Assembly (NCBI GenBank): GCA_959020715.1
Contig: CAUESV010000008.1
Span: 9,047-73,046, forward strand
DNA length: 64,000 nt
DNA from: an uncultured Collinsella sp.
GTDB taxonomy: Bacteria; Actinomycetota; Coriobacteriia; Coriobacteriales; Coriobacteriaceae
Reading direction: 5' to 3'
Within the stretch, counting starts at the first letter, position 1; each line of letters starts with the position of its first letter. The notes under the pieces are model-generated. The model ran no database searches. It was not told where the DNA came from and worked only from the letters and a program-made list of their open reading frames with translations. Both the position numbers and the translations under genes were made by a program. Shown here piece after piece: positions 46,175 through 55,144 of the stretch.

Positions 46175-47267
46175 CCATGCTCACCACCTTGGCTCGATCA
46201 AGCAGGTCATCGGTAAAGTACCCCAGGTTGGTCGTGGTTATGACCGTCTGGATATCATCTCCGATCAGCCGCAGAAAAGCGGCGCGGCGCTCGCCGTCGA
46301 GTTCGCTCATCACGTCGTCCAAAAGCAGCAGTGGGGCGGTGCCCAGGACATCGCGAGCCACGGCCACCTCCGCCACCTTCCAGGACAGCACCAACGTTCG
46401 CTGCTGTCCTTGGCTGGCAAACGAACGGGCGGAGCGACCCGCCACGGTAAACTCAATCTCGTCGCGATGCGGTCCCACCAGCGTCACGCCGCGGCGAATT
46501 TCCTCGTCGGCGTGCTCATCGAGGGCAGCCAGCATGCGCTCGTACGCCCAGCCCTTCAGCTCTTCGCGATCCTCGACCTGGGGCAAATCCCCCAGCGTGG
46601 ACGCATAGGACACGTTGGCGGCCTCACCGGACGCCACTTGCCCGTAGGCAGCGCGCACATGGCCCGCCAGCCGGTCGAGTAGGGCCAACCGGTGCACGAG
46701 CAGGGCCGAGCCCGCGCGGGCAATCGAATCGTTCCACGCGCCGAGCATCTCGCGGCAGCACCAGGTCTCCTTGAGCAAGGCATTACGCTGGGTCACGCAA
46801 CGCCCATAGGTATTCGCAAGATCGGCATAGCGTGCGCTCAGTTGCATGCCAAAGTCATCGAGGGCGGCGCGGCGCACACTGGCGCCTCGCTTAACCATGT
46901 CCAGATGGTCGGGACAAAACAGCACGCTCGGCAGAACCCCGCGCACACCGGCGGCGGAGCATCTCTTGCCGTTGCGGCTAAACGAGCGCTTACCGTCCCC
47001 CGCGCTCAATCCCATATCAAGCACGCGGCCGTCGCCCTCGAGCCTCAGCTCGACCTTGCACGAGCCCACGCCGTCATGGACGAGCTCGGCTGCGGTCGGA
47101 TGCCTAAACGAGGCACCGCTCGTCAGCAGCTGCAGCGCCTCTATGAGATTGGTCTTTCCCGCTGCGTTGGGTCCCGCAAGTATCGTCACGCCCTCGTCCA
47201 GGGCAAGGCGATAGCTATCGAAGCTGCGGTAGTGCGCGACGGAAAGATCGCGGGCGAACATGGTCAT
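46161..47267 (-). CDS. recF: DNA replication/repair protein RecF
   Basis: GPNAAGKTNL.EA, SFR, GPHRD, SQGQQR, LLLDDVMSELD. Confidence 0.95.
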   Translation of the reverse strand: MTMFARDLSVAHYRSFDSYRLALDEGVTILAGPNAAGKTNLIEALQLLTSGASFRHPTAAELVHDGVGSCKVELRLEGDGRVLDMGLSAGDGKRSFSRNGKRCSAAGVRGVLPSVLFCPDHLDMVKRGASVRRAALDDFGMQLSARYADLANTYGRCVTQRNALLKETWCCREMLGAWNDSIARAGSALLVHRLALLDRLAGHVRAAYGQVASGEAANVSYASTLGDLPQVEDREELKGWAYERMLAALDEHADEEIRRGVTLVGPHRDEIEFTVAGRSARSFASQGQQRTLVLSWKVAEVAVARDVLGTAPLLLLDDVMSELDGERRAAFLRLIGDDIQTVITTTNLGYFTDDLLDRAKVVSMGETC

Positions 47268-47277
47268 GGGGCGGTTG

Positions 47278-48381
47278 CTAGATGCGGACCGGCATGACCA
47301 GGTACAGGTAGTTGATCTTGTCGTAGGACTTGAAGATGCCCGCCTGCGAGTAGCTCTTGAGCTCCAGCGTGATCTCCTTCTCCTTGGACAGGGCGTTGAG
47401 GCAGCCGAAGATGTAGTGGTAGTTGAAGGCGATGGTGCCCGACTCGCCCTCGGCCTCGACATCGATCGTCTCCTGTGCAAGGTCCTGGTCATTGGAAATG
47501 GAGGACAGGCCCATCTGCCCGTTCTCGACATCGATCTCGAACTTGACGGCGGGGTTGGCGCTCGCGATAACGGCCACGCGCTTGAGGGCGGCGTTAAAGG
47601 CGGCGACGTCGATCTTGACGCTCGTCACGCACGAATCGGGGATGAGCTGCTTGTAGTTGGGGTACACGCCCTCGATACGACGCGACACGTAGGTGGTGTT
47701 GCCGGCCTCAAAGACGACCTGGGTGTCGGTAGCCCCGATCATGATGGTCGCCTGGCTGGCCATGATGTTCAGTGCGTCGTTAAAGGCGTCAGCCGGAACG
47801 TTGAGCTCAAAGGAGCCCTCGAGGGTCGAGGTCTCGACCTGCGTATCGCACACGGCCAAGCGGAAGGAGTCGGTCGCCACCAGGCGCACGGTGTTGTTCT
47901 CGACCTTCATGTGCACGCCGCCCAGGATGGGGCGAGCCTTGTCGGTCGAGGTGACGCGCCACACGCGGCCGACCATCTCGGACAAGATATCGGTCGGCAG
48001 CTCCACGGCACTCTCGATGGCATAGGCCGGAAACTCAGGGAAGTCATTGGCATCGAGCGTGTTCAGGCGGAACGAGCTCTTCTCGCAACTGATCAGTACC
48101 TGGCGCTCGGACAGCTCAAAGGTGACCGGGGCATCGGGGAGAGTCTTGGTGATATTGGAGAGCATCTTACAGGGGATAACCATCTCGCCCTCTTCTTCGA
48201 CATGCGCCGCGATGCGATGACGGATCGAGATGGTGTAGTTAGAGGTCTGGAATTCCAAGATGCCGTCTTGCGCCTTGACGAGCACGCCCGACAGGATGGG
48301 AAGGGTGGATGCCGAAGCGACACCCTTCATAACGACGCCGATGGCTTGTGTAAGCGAGCTCTGGCTGACGGTGAACTTCAT
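47278..48381 (-). CDS. dnaN: DNA polymerase III beta clamp
   Basis: LPILSG, ATDSFRLA, G.YPNY..LIP, IAFN, YLVMPVR; downstream of dnaA. Confidence 0.96.
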   Translation of the reverse strand: MKFTVSQSSLTQAIGVVMKGVASASTLPILSGVLVKAQDGILEFQTSNYTISIRHRIAAHVEEEGEMVIPCKMLSNITKTLPDAPVTFELSERQVLISCEKSSFRLNTLDANDFPEFPAYAIESAVELPTDILSEMVGRVWRVTSTDKARPILGGVHMKVENNTVRLVATDSFRLAVCDTQVETSTLEGSFELNVPADAFNDALNIMASQATIMIGATDTQVVFEAGNTTYVSRRIEGVYPNYKQLIPDSCVTSVKIDVAAFNAALKRVAVIASANPAVKFEIDVENGQMGLSSISNDQDLAQETIDVEAEGESGTIAFNYHYIFGCLNALSKEKEITLELKSYSQAGIFKSYDKINYLYLVMPVRI

Positions 48382-48618
48382 CTTTAATACCTTTCTATAG
48401 ATATAAATATCTTAATAATAGTAATAGCACTGACGAAACTGTTGATTACTTCCAAAGACGCAGGTCAGACCCAGAAAGAGAATCGACAGCAACCTGTGTG
48501 CAACAGGGGTGGTTTTCCACGTTCAAAACCTGCGCAAAACTTTTCATCACCGCGGATTGGGTTTTAGACACCTTATGCCCGTGGTTTCGACAAGTTTTCA
48601 ACAGGTGTCTCTATTTCC
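48382..48618. other. oriC, dnaA-dnaN part: DnaA-box-like 9-mers, DnaA-trios and AT-rich unwinding region
   Basis: TAATAATAGTAATAG (48413-48427) next to GCAC and TGTTGATTA (48440); TTTTCCACG (48513), TTTTCAACA (48595); AT-rich 48385-48412. Confidence 0.8.
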
Positions 48619-50334
48619 CTATGAGCGCAGTGTAATTTTATCGCGCAGCGACTTGAGGTCTTCGGTGACGGTGCGGTCTTCCTGGATCATCTTCTGGACC
48701 TTTTTGTAACTCGTGCTGACGGTCGAGTGGTTGCGGTTGCCAAATTCGGCGCCTGCCGCCGTGGTCGTCATCTCGCACATCTCGATGGCCAGATAGATGG
48801 CAATGTGGCGTGCTTTGGCTATATTGGCGTTGCGACGCGGGCCGATGAGCTCCTCGTGCGTCACGCCGTACTGCTCTTCGATGACGGACTGAACCGTTTG
48901 CACGTTGATCTTTTTGGCCGATGTGTCGAAGTACTGGCTGGCGATGGCGTCGATATCGTCAAAGGTGAGCTCCCCGCCCTCGCGCTCGCGGTCGCCCGCC
49001 TCGCCGGCGCAGCGCTCGCAGAAGCTCTCGAGTTCGCGGATGTTGGTGCCCGACACCTCTGCCATGTGCTTAAAGTGCTCATCGGTCAGGTGCCCGCCGT
49101 CGCCCCCGTAGGCCGCCAGCAGTGAGTCGTCGCCTGCCTCGGGAGCGGCGACGATGGTGTTCTCGTAATAGCGCTGCAAGATCTTGTATTTCATCTCGTA
49201 GCTGGGCTCTGCGACCAGGCAGAGCATGCCGGCGTTGAAGCGGCTGGTCAGACGCTCGTCCATGCTCAGGTCCTTGGGGGCGCGGTCTGCCGCGATGACG
49301 ACCTTCTTGTTGTTGCGGATGAACTCGTCCATGAGCTGGAAAAAGTAGTCCACGCTCGCGCGCTTGCCGATGATGTTTTGGATGTCATCGATGATGAGCA
49401 CGTCCACGCCGTGGTACGCCTGCATGATGGGGGCGTTGCTCTTCTTTTGGCGGTCGAACTCGGTCATCAGGTCGTCCAGATATGCCTGGGAGTTGGCATA
49501 CTTGACCTTGATCTCGGGCGACTTCTCGGCGAGCTCGTTTTTGATGGCAAGCAGCAGGTGGGTCTTGCCCAAGCCCGATTTGCCGTAGATGAACAGTGAT
49601 GTGCACGTGCCGCGTTCGTCCGCGAGGGCGGCAAACTTGAGTGCCGAGCGATAGGCATGGCTGTTCTCGGGACCGTAGACAAAGTTTTCGAAGGTAAATT
49701 TTGAGTTCGCGGCGAGTGGGGCTCCATCCGTATTCTGCTCGGCCGGCGCTGGCATGGGTGAAGCGGGGGCCGCAGCTTGCGTGGATTTAGTCGGCGTTCC
49801 GCCCTTCATCTGGTTCATCATGCGACGAAAATCATCGGCCGAGAGCGTGTTCTTGATTGCAATGCCCGAATCCGCGCCCGCCGCTGCGTCGTGGGCGATG
49901 GGCATGTGCGTGACGGGTGCGTTCGTTGACGTCGCCGCCGCGGTCGGCAACGGTGTCATGGTTTCACGGGAAACATCGCTGTGCTGGTGCTCGATTGTCG
50001 GCACGTCGCCTGCGGAGGCCGGCACCGCCGGGGAAGCAGCGGGAGCCGTGGCGGCCGCCGTCGCGGCAGCGGATTCCGTCGCGGCGCCTTGCGGCGCCAC
50101 GATGTCGAGCGCAATCGGTGCAAAGGCGATTTCTTCCAGATAGGCCTCAATAGTCGGCTGATGCTTTTTGAGCTGCGCGATGGCAAAGCGCGAGGGGGCC
50201 TCGATCGTGAGCGTATCTTCGGTCAGGCTTATGGCGCGCGATTGCCCCAACATGTTGATGAGGCGTGCATCTTGGCCGTCGCGCTGGCAAAAGGCGATGG
50301 CATCCCCCAGGATGATGCTTGCTTCCTCGTCCAC
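48619..50334 (-). CDS. dnaA: Chromosomal replication initiator DnaA (long Ala/Pro-rich domain II, divergent domain IV)
   Basis: TFENFV.G..N, YGKSGLGKTHLL, IDDIQ, RL.SRF, NIRELE, ARHIAIYL, FG.R.HSTV. Confidence 0.96.
   Translation of the reverse strand: MDEEASIILGDAIAFCQRDGQDARLINMLGQSRAISLTEDTLTIEAPSRFAIAQLKKHQPTIEAYLEEIAFAPIALDIVAPQGAATESAAATAAATAPAASPAVPASAGDVPTIEHQHSDVSRETMTPLPTAAATSTNAPVTHMPIAHDAAAGADSGIAIKNTLSADDFRRMMNQMKGGTPTKSTQAAAPASPMPAPAEQNTDGAPLAANSKFTFENFVYGPENSHAYRSALKFAALADERGTCTSLFIYGKSGLGKTHLLLAIKNELAEKSPEIKVKYANSQAYLDDLMTEFDRQKKSNAPIMQAYHGVDVLIIDDIQNIIGKRASVDYFFQLMDEFIRNNKKVVIAADRAPKDLSMDERLTSRFNAGMLCLVAEPSYEMKYKILQRYYENTIVAAPEAGDDSLLAAYGGDGGHLTDEHFKHMAEVSGTNIRELESFCERCAGEAGDREREGGELTFDDIDAIASQYFDTSAKKINVQTVQSVIEEQYGVTHEELIGPRRNANIAKARHIAIYLAIEMCEMTTTAAGAEFGNRNHSTVSTSYKKVQKMIQEDRTVTEDLKSLRDKITLRS
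49960..49975. promoter_or_regulatory. parS-like site inside dnaA
   Basis: GGTTTCACGGGAAACA, 2 mismatches to TGTTTCACGTGAAACA. Confidence 0.55.
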
Positions 50335-50349
50335 TGTCTCTCCCGTTCT

Positions 50350-51702
50350 TTAGCTCTGAGCTCGCACGCGAGCGGCGCCGAGTTCGGTCAGATGGTATTT
50401 CTGGCCATGCTTGATGACCAAGCCGGCCTGCGCCAAGTCATTGAGCGTGCGTGACCAAGTGGGGGCCGAGTTTCCAAACGCCCTCGCCAGATCGGTTGCA
50501 CCGCACGCTTGATTTTGTGCCAGATAGCCCAGCGCGGCGTTGCCGCGATCGCTTACGAACACGTCCGGTTTTGGCTGCGCATACTGATTTGCTGCATTAG
50601 GATACATCATTTGAGCTGCTGGTTGTTGAGAACTCTGCACCGGCGGCATTTGCTGTTGAAAACTTTGAGGCCACTGTTGGTAAGGCTGCGGAGGCACCTG
50701 CTGGGCCCAGAGGTTGTACTGCTGCTGTGGCATCTGCTGGTACGGCTGCTGATATCCCTGCTGGTACTGCTGCGGGAACTGCTGGCCATAACCCAGTGGC
50801 GGCATCTGATGATATGGATATCCCTGTTGGTTCGGCTGATAACCCATTTGCTGGCCACCCGGTGCCCCCGTCGCCTGCTGCATTGTTGCTGTATCCTGAT
50901 CCGCCAGCGGCATGGCCTCTGGCATGTTTGGCGGCATCGACATCGATGCCGCCTGGGGCTCTTGTGTAGGAAGCATTCCGGCCTGCTGCATCTGTCCCAC
51001 GGGGGGCTGCATCTGCTGCGTTGCCATGGGCTGCTGCGCAAAAGCTCCCGGCAGGGGATATGTGGGATGCTCCGTCTCGGGCCGTACAGCAGCACCGCGT
51101 CCGCCGGCACGCTCGATTTCCTGCACGCGTTTAGGGTTCAGGCTTACCGTAACCACGGTGCCGTTGCCCATGTTGTCCTCGATGGATACGGCGCCGCCGG
51201 CGTTTTCCAAATACTCCTGCACCATGGGAAACCCTGCTCCGGTTCCACGGATATAGCGCTTCATCTTGCTGTTTGCGCTGGTAACGCCAAAGTCGAAAGC
51301 ACGTTCCTTGTCGTCGATGCCGGGTCCTTGGTCAGCAAAGCGGATGGTGTCTCCGCCGTCCAGAATCGAGATGATGGGCTCGGCAAAGTGTGCGTGGATA
51401 AAGTTTTCGACAATCTCGCGGATGACCATGAGCGAGATATGGCCACCTTGTTCTTTCATGCACTGGTAGACGGTGTTGGTCGTCTCTTCCAAATACGTGC
51501 GGACATCTTGCGGATCAATGACGATCACACGCGGTGTCGACAGCATGTCGTCATAGACGGCGATGCGCGCGGCGTACATGGCTTTTGGCGCCTGCGTGGT
51601 CGTCTGCTCGCCTTCCTCACGCTCTTCGCGCACGCCGGTGATGTGCTCGTTGTCGGGTGCCGGGTCTCCGGAATCGACCATGGTGTAAAAGTCGTCAGAC
51701 AT
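50350..51702 (-). CDS. GHKL (HATPase_c) ATP-binding protein with Gln/Pro-rich linker and C-terminal winged helix
   Basis: N-box EIVENFIHA, DQGPGI, GTGAGF, GNGTVVT; Q-rich tract; GATDLARAFG.S..TWSR.L.DL...GLV...GQKY.LT. Confidence 0.8.
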   Translation of the reverse strand: MSDDFYTMVDSGDPAPDNEHITGVREEREEGEQTTTQAPKAMYAARIAVYDDMLSTPRVIVIDPQDVRTYLEETTNTVYQCMKEQGGHISLMVIREIVENFIHAHFAEPIISILDGGDTIRFADQGPGIDDKERAFDFGVTSANSKMKRYIRGTGAGFPMVQEYLENAGGAVSIEDNMGNGTVVTVSLNPKRVQEIERAGGRGAAVRPETEHPTYPLPGAFAQQPMATQQMQPPVGQMQQAGMLPTQEPQAASMSMPPNMPEAMPLADQDTATMQQATGAPGGQQMGYQPNQQGYPYHQMPPLGYGQQFPQQYQQGYQQPYQQMPQQQYNLWAQQVPPQPYQQWPQSFQQQMPPVQSSQQPAAQMMYPNAANQYAQPKPDVFVSDRGNAALGYLAQNQACGATDLARAFGNSAPTWSRTLNDLAQAGLVIKHGQKYHLTELGAARVRAQS

Positions 51703-51885
51703 GCCGCTCGCAATCTTTCAAAAGGTTTCGAACAAATAGTAGCTCACTGTGCAATGTTTCTCATCTTTCGACAACTTTTCAAAACCTGTTGAAAACTTTG
51801 GAAAACGGACGAAAAGTTCTCAACATTGCCAACATGACCTGTTGAAAACTCGATGAAATATCGTGAAAAGTTGTCATACACCGCT
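51703..51885. other. oriC, upstream part: dense cluster of DnaA-box-like 9-mers
   Basis: TGTTGAAAA (51787, 51840), TTTTCAAAA (51776), TTTGGAAAA (51797), TTCTCAACA (51817), TTGCCAACA (51826), CTTTCGACA (51765); gene-strand switch here. Confidence 0.7.
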
Positions 51886-51945
51886 AAATCGAGCTCGGCT
51901 TATGCGGGAACCGTGTGAACTGCGCAACCTTTTACCTTTGATTTC

Positions 51946-51975
51946 TTGACATTTGAACATTGATTTCCCTACAAT
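51946..51975 (+). promoter_or_regulatory. rpmH promoter
   Basis: TTGACA-N18-TACAAT. Confidence 0.65.
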
Positions 51976-52047
51976 CTTCAAGCTCACGTGTCTATATCTG
52001 CGTCCGCGCCCCCGCGGACACTCGAAATGCAGCAGGAGGAACTTAAG

Positions 52048-52182
52048 ATGAAGCGTACGTATCAGCCTAATAAGCGTAAGCGTGCCAAGACCCATGGCTT
52101 CCGTGCCCGTATGGCCACTAAGGGTGGTCGTGCCGTGCTCGCCCGTCGTCGCGCCAAGGGCCGCAAGCGTCTCACTGTCTAG
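52048..52182 (+). CDS. rpmH: 50S ribosomal protein L34
   Basis: [31 protein letters not shown]. Confidence 0.98.
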   Translation: MKRTYQPNKRKRAKTHGFRARMATKGGRAVLARRRAKGRKRLTV

Positions 52183-52202
52183 CAGCGATACACACATCTC
52201 GC

Positions 52203-52541
52203 ATGAAGACTATTAAGTCTCGGCAAGATTTCGAGCATGTGTTCAGTCAGGGGCGTCGTTTCAATCACCCTCTGATTCGAATGACCATATGTGAATCGGT
52301 TGGCGAAGGCGACTCCGGAAGGGTCGCCTTCGTTGGTGCTAAACGGCTCGGTTGTGCTGTCGTGCGCAACCGTTCTAAGCGTGTGATGCGCGAGGCCGCC
52401 CGCAGCTGTGGATTTCCCGTTGCGGGTTATGACATCATCTTGTTCGCAACTCCCAAGACGAGGGTTTCCTCGCCGCAGGAGATGGACAAGGCGTTGCGTT
52501 CGCTTATGAAACGCGCCGGCGTTGCCGGGGAGGAGCGATGA
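52203..52541 (+). CDS. rnpA: Ribonuclease P protein component
   Basis: K.LG.AV.RNR.KR..RE motif; synteny. Confidence 0.93.
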   Translation: MKTIKSRQDFEHVFSQGRRFNHPLIRMTICESVGEGDSGRVAFVGAKRLGCAVVRNRSKRVMREAARSCGFPVAGYDIILFATPKTRVSSPQEMDKALRSLMKRAGVAGEER

Positions 52542-52762
52542 GCAATCACGTTTTGCGACGTGTTGCCATCGCTCCTATTCGCATATATCAACAGGTTATT
52601 TCGCCCTTATTGCCTGACGCCTGCATTTATTACCCAACGTGCTCGCAATACGCCGTCCAGGCGATTGAGAAGCACGGCGTTTTGAGAGGCTGCTGGCTTG
52701 CCGTGAGGCGCATCGCTCGCTGCAATCCCCTGCACGTCGGCGGTTATGACCCTGTGCCCTAG
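52538..52762 (+). CDS. yidD: Membrane protein insertion efficiency factor
   Basis: [18 protein letters not shown]...GGYDPVP. Confidence 0.95.
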   Translation: MSNHVLRRVAIAPIRIYQQVISPLLPDACIYYPTCSQYAVQAIEKHGVLRGCWLAVRRIARCNPLHVGGYDPVP

Positions 52763-52791
52763 CGGGCACTCGCTATCGGAGGAAAACTTAC

Positions 52792-53562
52792 ATGTGGGAT
52801 TGGATCGTTAACATCCTTTTCGAGCTGCTCAAGCTCATCCAGACCTTTGCGGTCGACTGGGGCCTGTCCATCATCATCCTGGTGGTCATCATCCGTCTGC
52901 TGTTGACGCCGCTCATGCTCAAGTCGACTAAGTCGACGGCTCGTATGCAGGTGCTGCAGCCCAAGATGCTCGAGATTCAGGAGCGCTATGCCGACGATCC
53001 TCAGCGTCAGGCCGAGGAGATGCAGAAGTTCTACAGCGAGAACAAGTTCAATCCGCTGGCCGGCTGTCTGCCGCTTCTGATTCAGATGCCTATCCTGTTC
53101 GCCCTGTTTACGCTGCTGCGTAACCTGCCGCAGTACTTTAACGACGGCACGTTCTCGTTCTTCAACATCCTGCCCGACCTGACCACCACGCCGAGCGCTT
53201 CCTTTGCCGATGGCTTTATGGTTGCGCTGCCTGCGCTGGTTTGCCTGATTCTGTTTGCCGTTCTCACCTTGATTCCGCAGCTTTATATGTCGCGCAATCA
53301 AACTGGCCAGCAGGCCCAAAGCATGCGCATGATGGCCGTCGTCATGACCGTCATGATGCTTTGGATGGGTTGGAGCCTGCCCGTCGGCGTTCTGCTGTAC
53401 TACGATGTGTCTTCTGCCTGGCAGGTTATCCAGCAGATCTTCGTGACGCAGAAGGTTATCGACAAGGCTAAGTCCGATGAGGAGGAGCGTCTTAAGAACG
53501 CTCCGCTGCAGGTTGAGGTCACTCGTCGCGAGAAGAAGCCGCGCCCGCACAAGAAGAAGTAG
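52792..53562 (+). CDS. yidC: YidC/Oxa1 membrane protein insertase
   Basis: WGLSII, IRLLL.PL, NPLAGCLPLLIQMPI, LP.G..LY. Confidence 0.95.
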   Translation: MWDWIVNILFELLKLIQTFAVDWGLSIIILVVIIRLLLTPLMLKSTKSTARMQVLQPKMLEIQERYADDPQRQAEEMQKFYSENKFNPLAGCLPLLIQMPILFALFTLLRNLPQYFNDGTFSFFNILPDLTTTPSASFADGFMVALPALVCLILFAVLTLIPQLYMSRNQTGQQAQSMRMMAVVMTVMMLWMGWSLPVGVLLYYDVSSAWQVIQQIFVTQKVIDKAKSDEEERLKNAPLQVEVTRREKKPRPHKKK

Positions 53563-53606
53563 TGGGATATCAATCTTATTTAGGTACCTAACTTTTGGAG
53601 TACGTT

Positions 53607-54176
53607 ATGTCTGAAGAGATCATCGAGGATATGCTTGAGGAGGTTGCCCCGCAGGTTGCGGGCGATTATCCCGAGATTGCACAGCGCTACAAGGCTGGTG
53701 AAGAGCTGACCGATGAGGAGCTCGACACCATTGCCGATGTTGCGATTTCCATCCTGCGTTCCATCCTTTCGCACTTCGATGCCGCCAACTCTCCTATCGA
53801 TGAGTATGAGGGCGACGAGGGTGAGCTGATTTTGGATGTAACGGCTCCCGACCTTGCTGTTCTTATTGGCCGTCATGGTCGCACTCTTGATGCCCTTCAG
53901 GTTATGTTCTCTTTGCTGGTGAGCCGCAAGCTTGGCTTTAGGTATCCGGTTGTAGTGGACGTCGAGGGATACAAGAGCCGCCGTCAGGACAAGGTTGCCT
54001 CCATGGCTCAGTCTGCTGCCGAGCGTGCCATCCGCACTCATAAGAGTGTTTCGCTTCCGCCCATGAATGCCTATGAGCGCCGACTGGTTCACATTGCACT
54101 TCGTGGCAATGATGCCGTCGATACTCATTCTGAGGGTTCTGACCCTGATCGCCATGTGGTGATTGTTGCTCGATAA
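53607..54176 (+). CDS. jag: Jag/KhpB/EloR RNA-binding protein (KH + R3H)
   Basis: LIGRHG.TLDALQ, DVEGY..RR, PMNAYERR.VH, SEG.DP.R. Confidence 0.92.
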   Translation: MSEEIIEDMLEEVAPQVAGDYPEIAQRYKAGEELTDEELDTIADVAISILRSILSHFDAANSPIDEYEGDEGELILDVTAPDLAVLIGRHGRTLDALQVMFSLLVSRKLGFRYPVVVDVEGYKSRRQDKVASMAQSAAERAIRTHKSVSLPPMNAYERRLVHIALRGNDAVDTHSEGSDPDRHVVIVAR

Positions 54177-54196
54177 TCTACTCGAGCTTATGCTTA

Positions 54197-54226
54197 GGGG
54201 ACGTGGTTTCCACGTCCCCTTTTTTT
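54197..54226 (+). terminator. Intrinsic terminator
   Basis: GGGGACGTGG-TTT-CCACGTCCCC-TTTTTTT. Confidence 0.85.
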
Positions 54227-54272
54227 GTCAAAAGTTCTCGATACACTGATTTTTGTCAGAAAGGAGCTTTCG

Positions 54273-55010
54273 TTGTTAGTACTTACTGATCAGCAGGCTG
54301 ACGAGATGTTGAACCGTCTAACTTCCTATTGCAAAGAGTATTCCTTGAGCGTAACTGATGTTGAACTGAGGAAATGTATTCAGCATTTGGATTTGGTTCT
54401 GGAAACAAATAAGACTACGAATCTTACCCGTATTCTTAACGTAGAAGATGCTGCGGTACTTCATATCCTTGACTCACTTGTTTTGCTTCCCTATATCAAT
54501 AAGGCTCCTGAGGGAGCTTTGCTCGATATGGGAACAGGTGCGGGCTTCCCTGGTATTCCGTTAACCATAACCACGCATCGTAAAGCTACTTATATTGACT
54601 CTGTTGGCAAGAAGGTTGATGCTGTCAATTCTTTTGTCCATGTTCTTGGATTGAAACATGCTCATGCCGTTCATGATCGTCTTGAAGAATATGCTCGAAG
54701 CCATAAGAAACAGTTCTCTGTCGTAACCGCCCGCGCACTGGCCCCTCTACCGATTCTTGTTGAGTATGCGGCTCCGTACCTCAAGGATGGAGGGTTATTT
54801 GTTATCACCAAGGGCAATCCATCAGAAGAGGAGCTTGCCTCTGGCATGTCAGCTGCTAAGATCTGCGGTTTCACTTCGCTTCTGAATGACGCAATCGATT
54901 TGCCTGAAGGCCTGGGTCACAGGGAGTTCATTGTTCTTAAGAAGAGTCATTCAGCATCCGTTTCATTGCCTCGTGCAAATGGCATGGCAAAGAAGAATCC
55001 GCTTGCCTAG
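54273..55010 (+). CDS. rsmG: 16S rRNA m7G527 methyltransferase
   Basis: NLT.I, HILDSL, DMGTGAGFPGIPL, DS..KK, TARA.A; TTG start after AAAGGAG (start approximate). Confidence 0.93.
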   Translation: MLVLTDQQADEMLNRLTSYCKEYSLSVTDVELRKCIQHLDLVLETNKTTNLTRILNVEDAAVLHILDSLVLLPYINKAPEGALLDMGTGAGFPGIPLTITTHRKATYIDSVGKKVDAVNSFVHVLGLKHAHAVHDRLEEYARSHKKQFSVVTARALAPLPILVEYAAPYLKDGGLFVITKGNPSEEELASGMSAAKICGFTSLLNDAIDLPEGLGHREFIVLKKSHSASVSLPRANGMAKKNPLA

Positions 55011-55011
55011 A

Positions 55012-55105
55012 TGTTTCACGTGAAACATAATAGATATTAACAACTTGCAGTGTTTCACGTGAAACATGGCGGTTGATATCGATTCGGAATGTTTCACGTG
55101 AAACA
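55012..55105. promoter_or_regulatory. Three perfect parS sites
   Basis: TGTTTCACGTGAAACA at 55012, 55051 and 55090. Confidence 0.95.
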
Positions 55106-55144
55106 TCCTCCGTTTGACAGCTTTAATACACACCAGGAGGGACC

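Noticed and set aside
55012..55105. Regularly spaced repeats with unique spacers suggesting a mini-CRISPR
   Set aside because: The repeat is the canonical 16-bp parS next to parAB; no cas genes.
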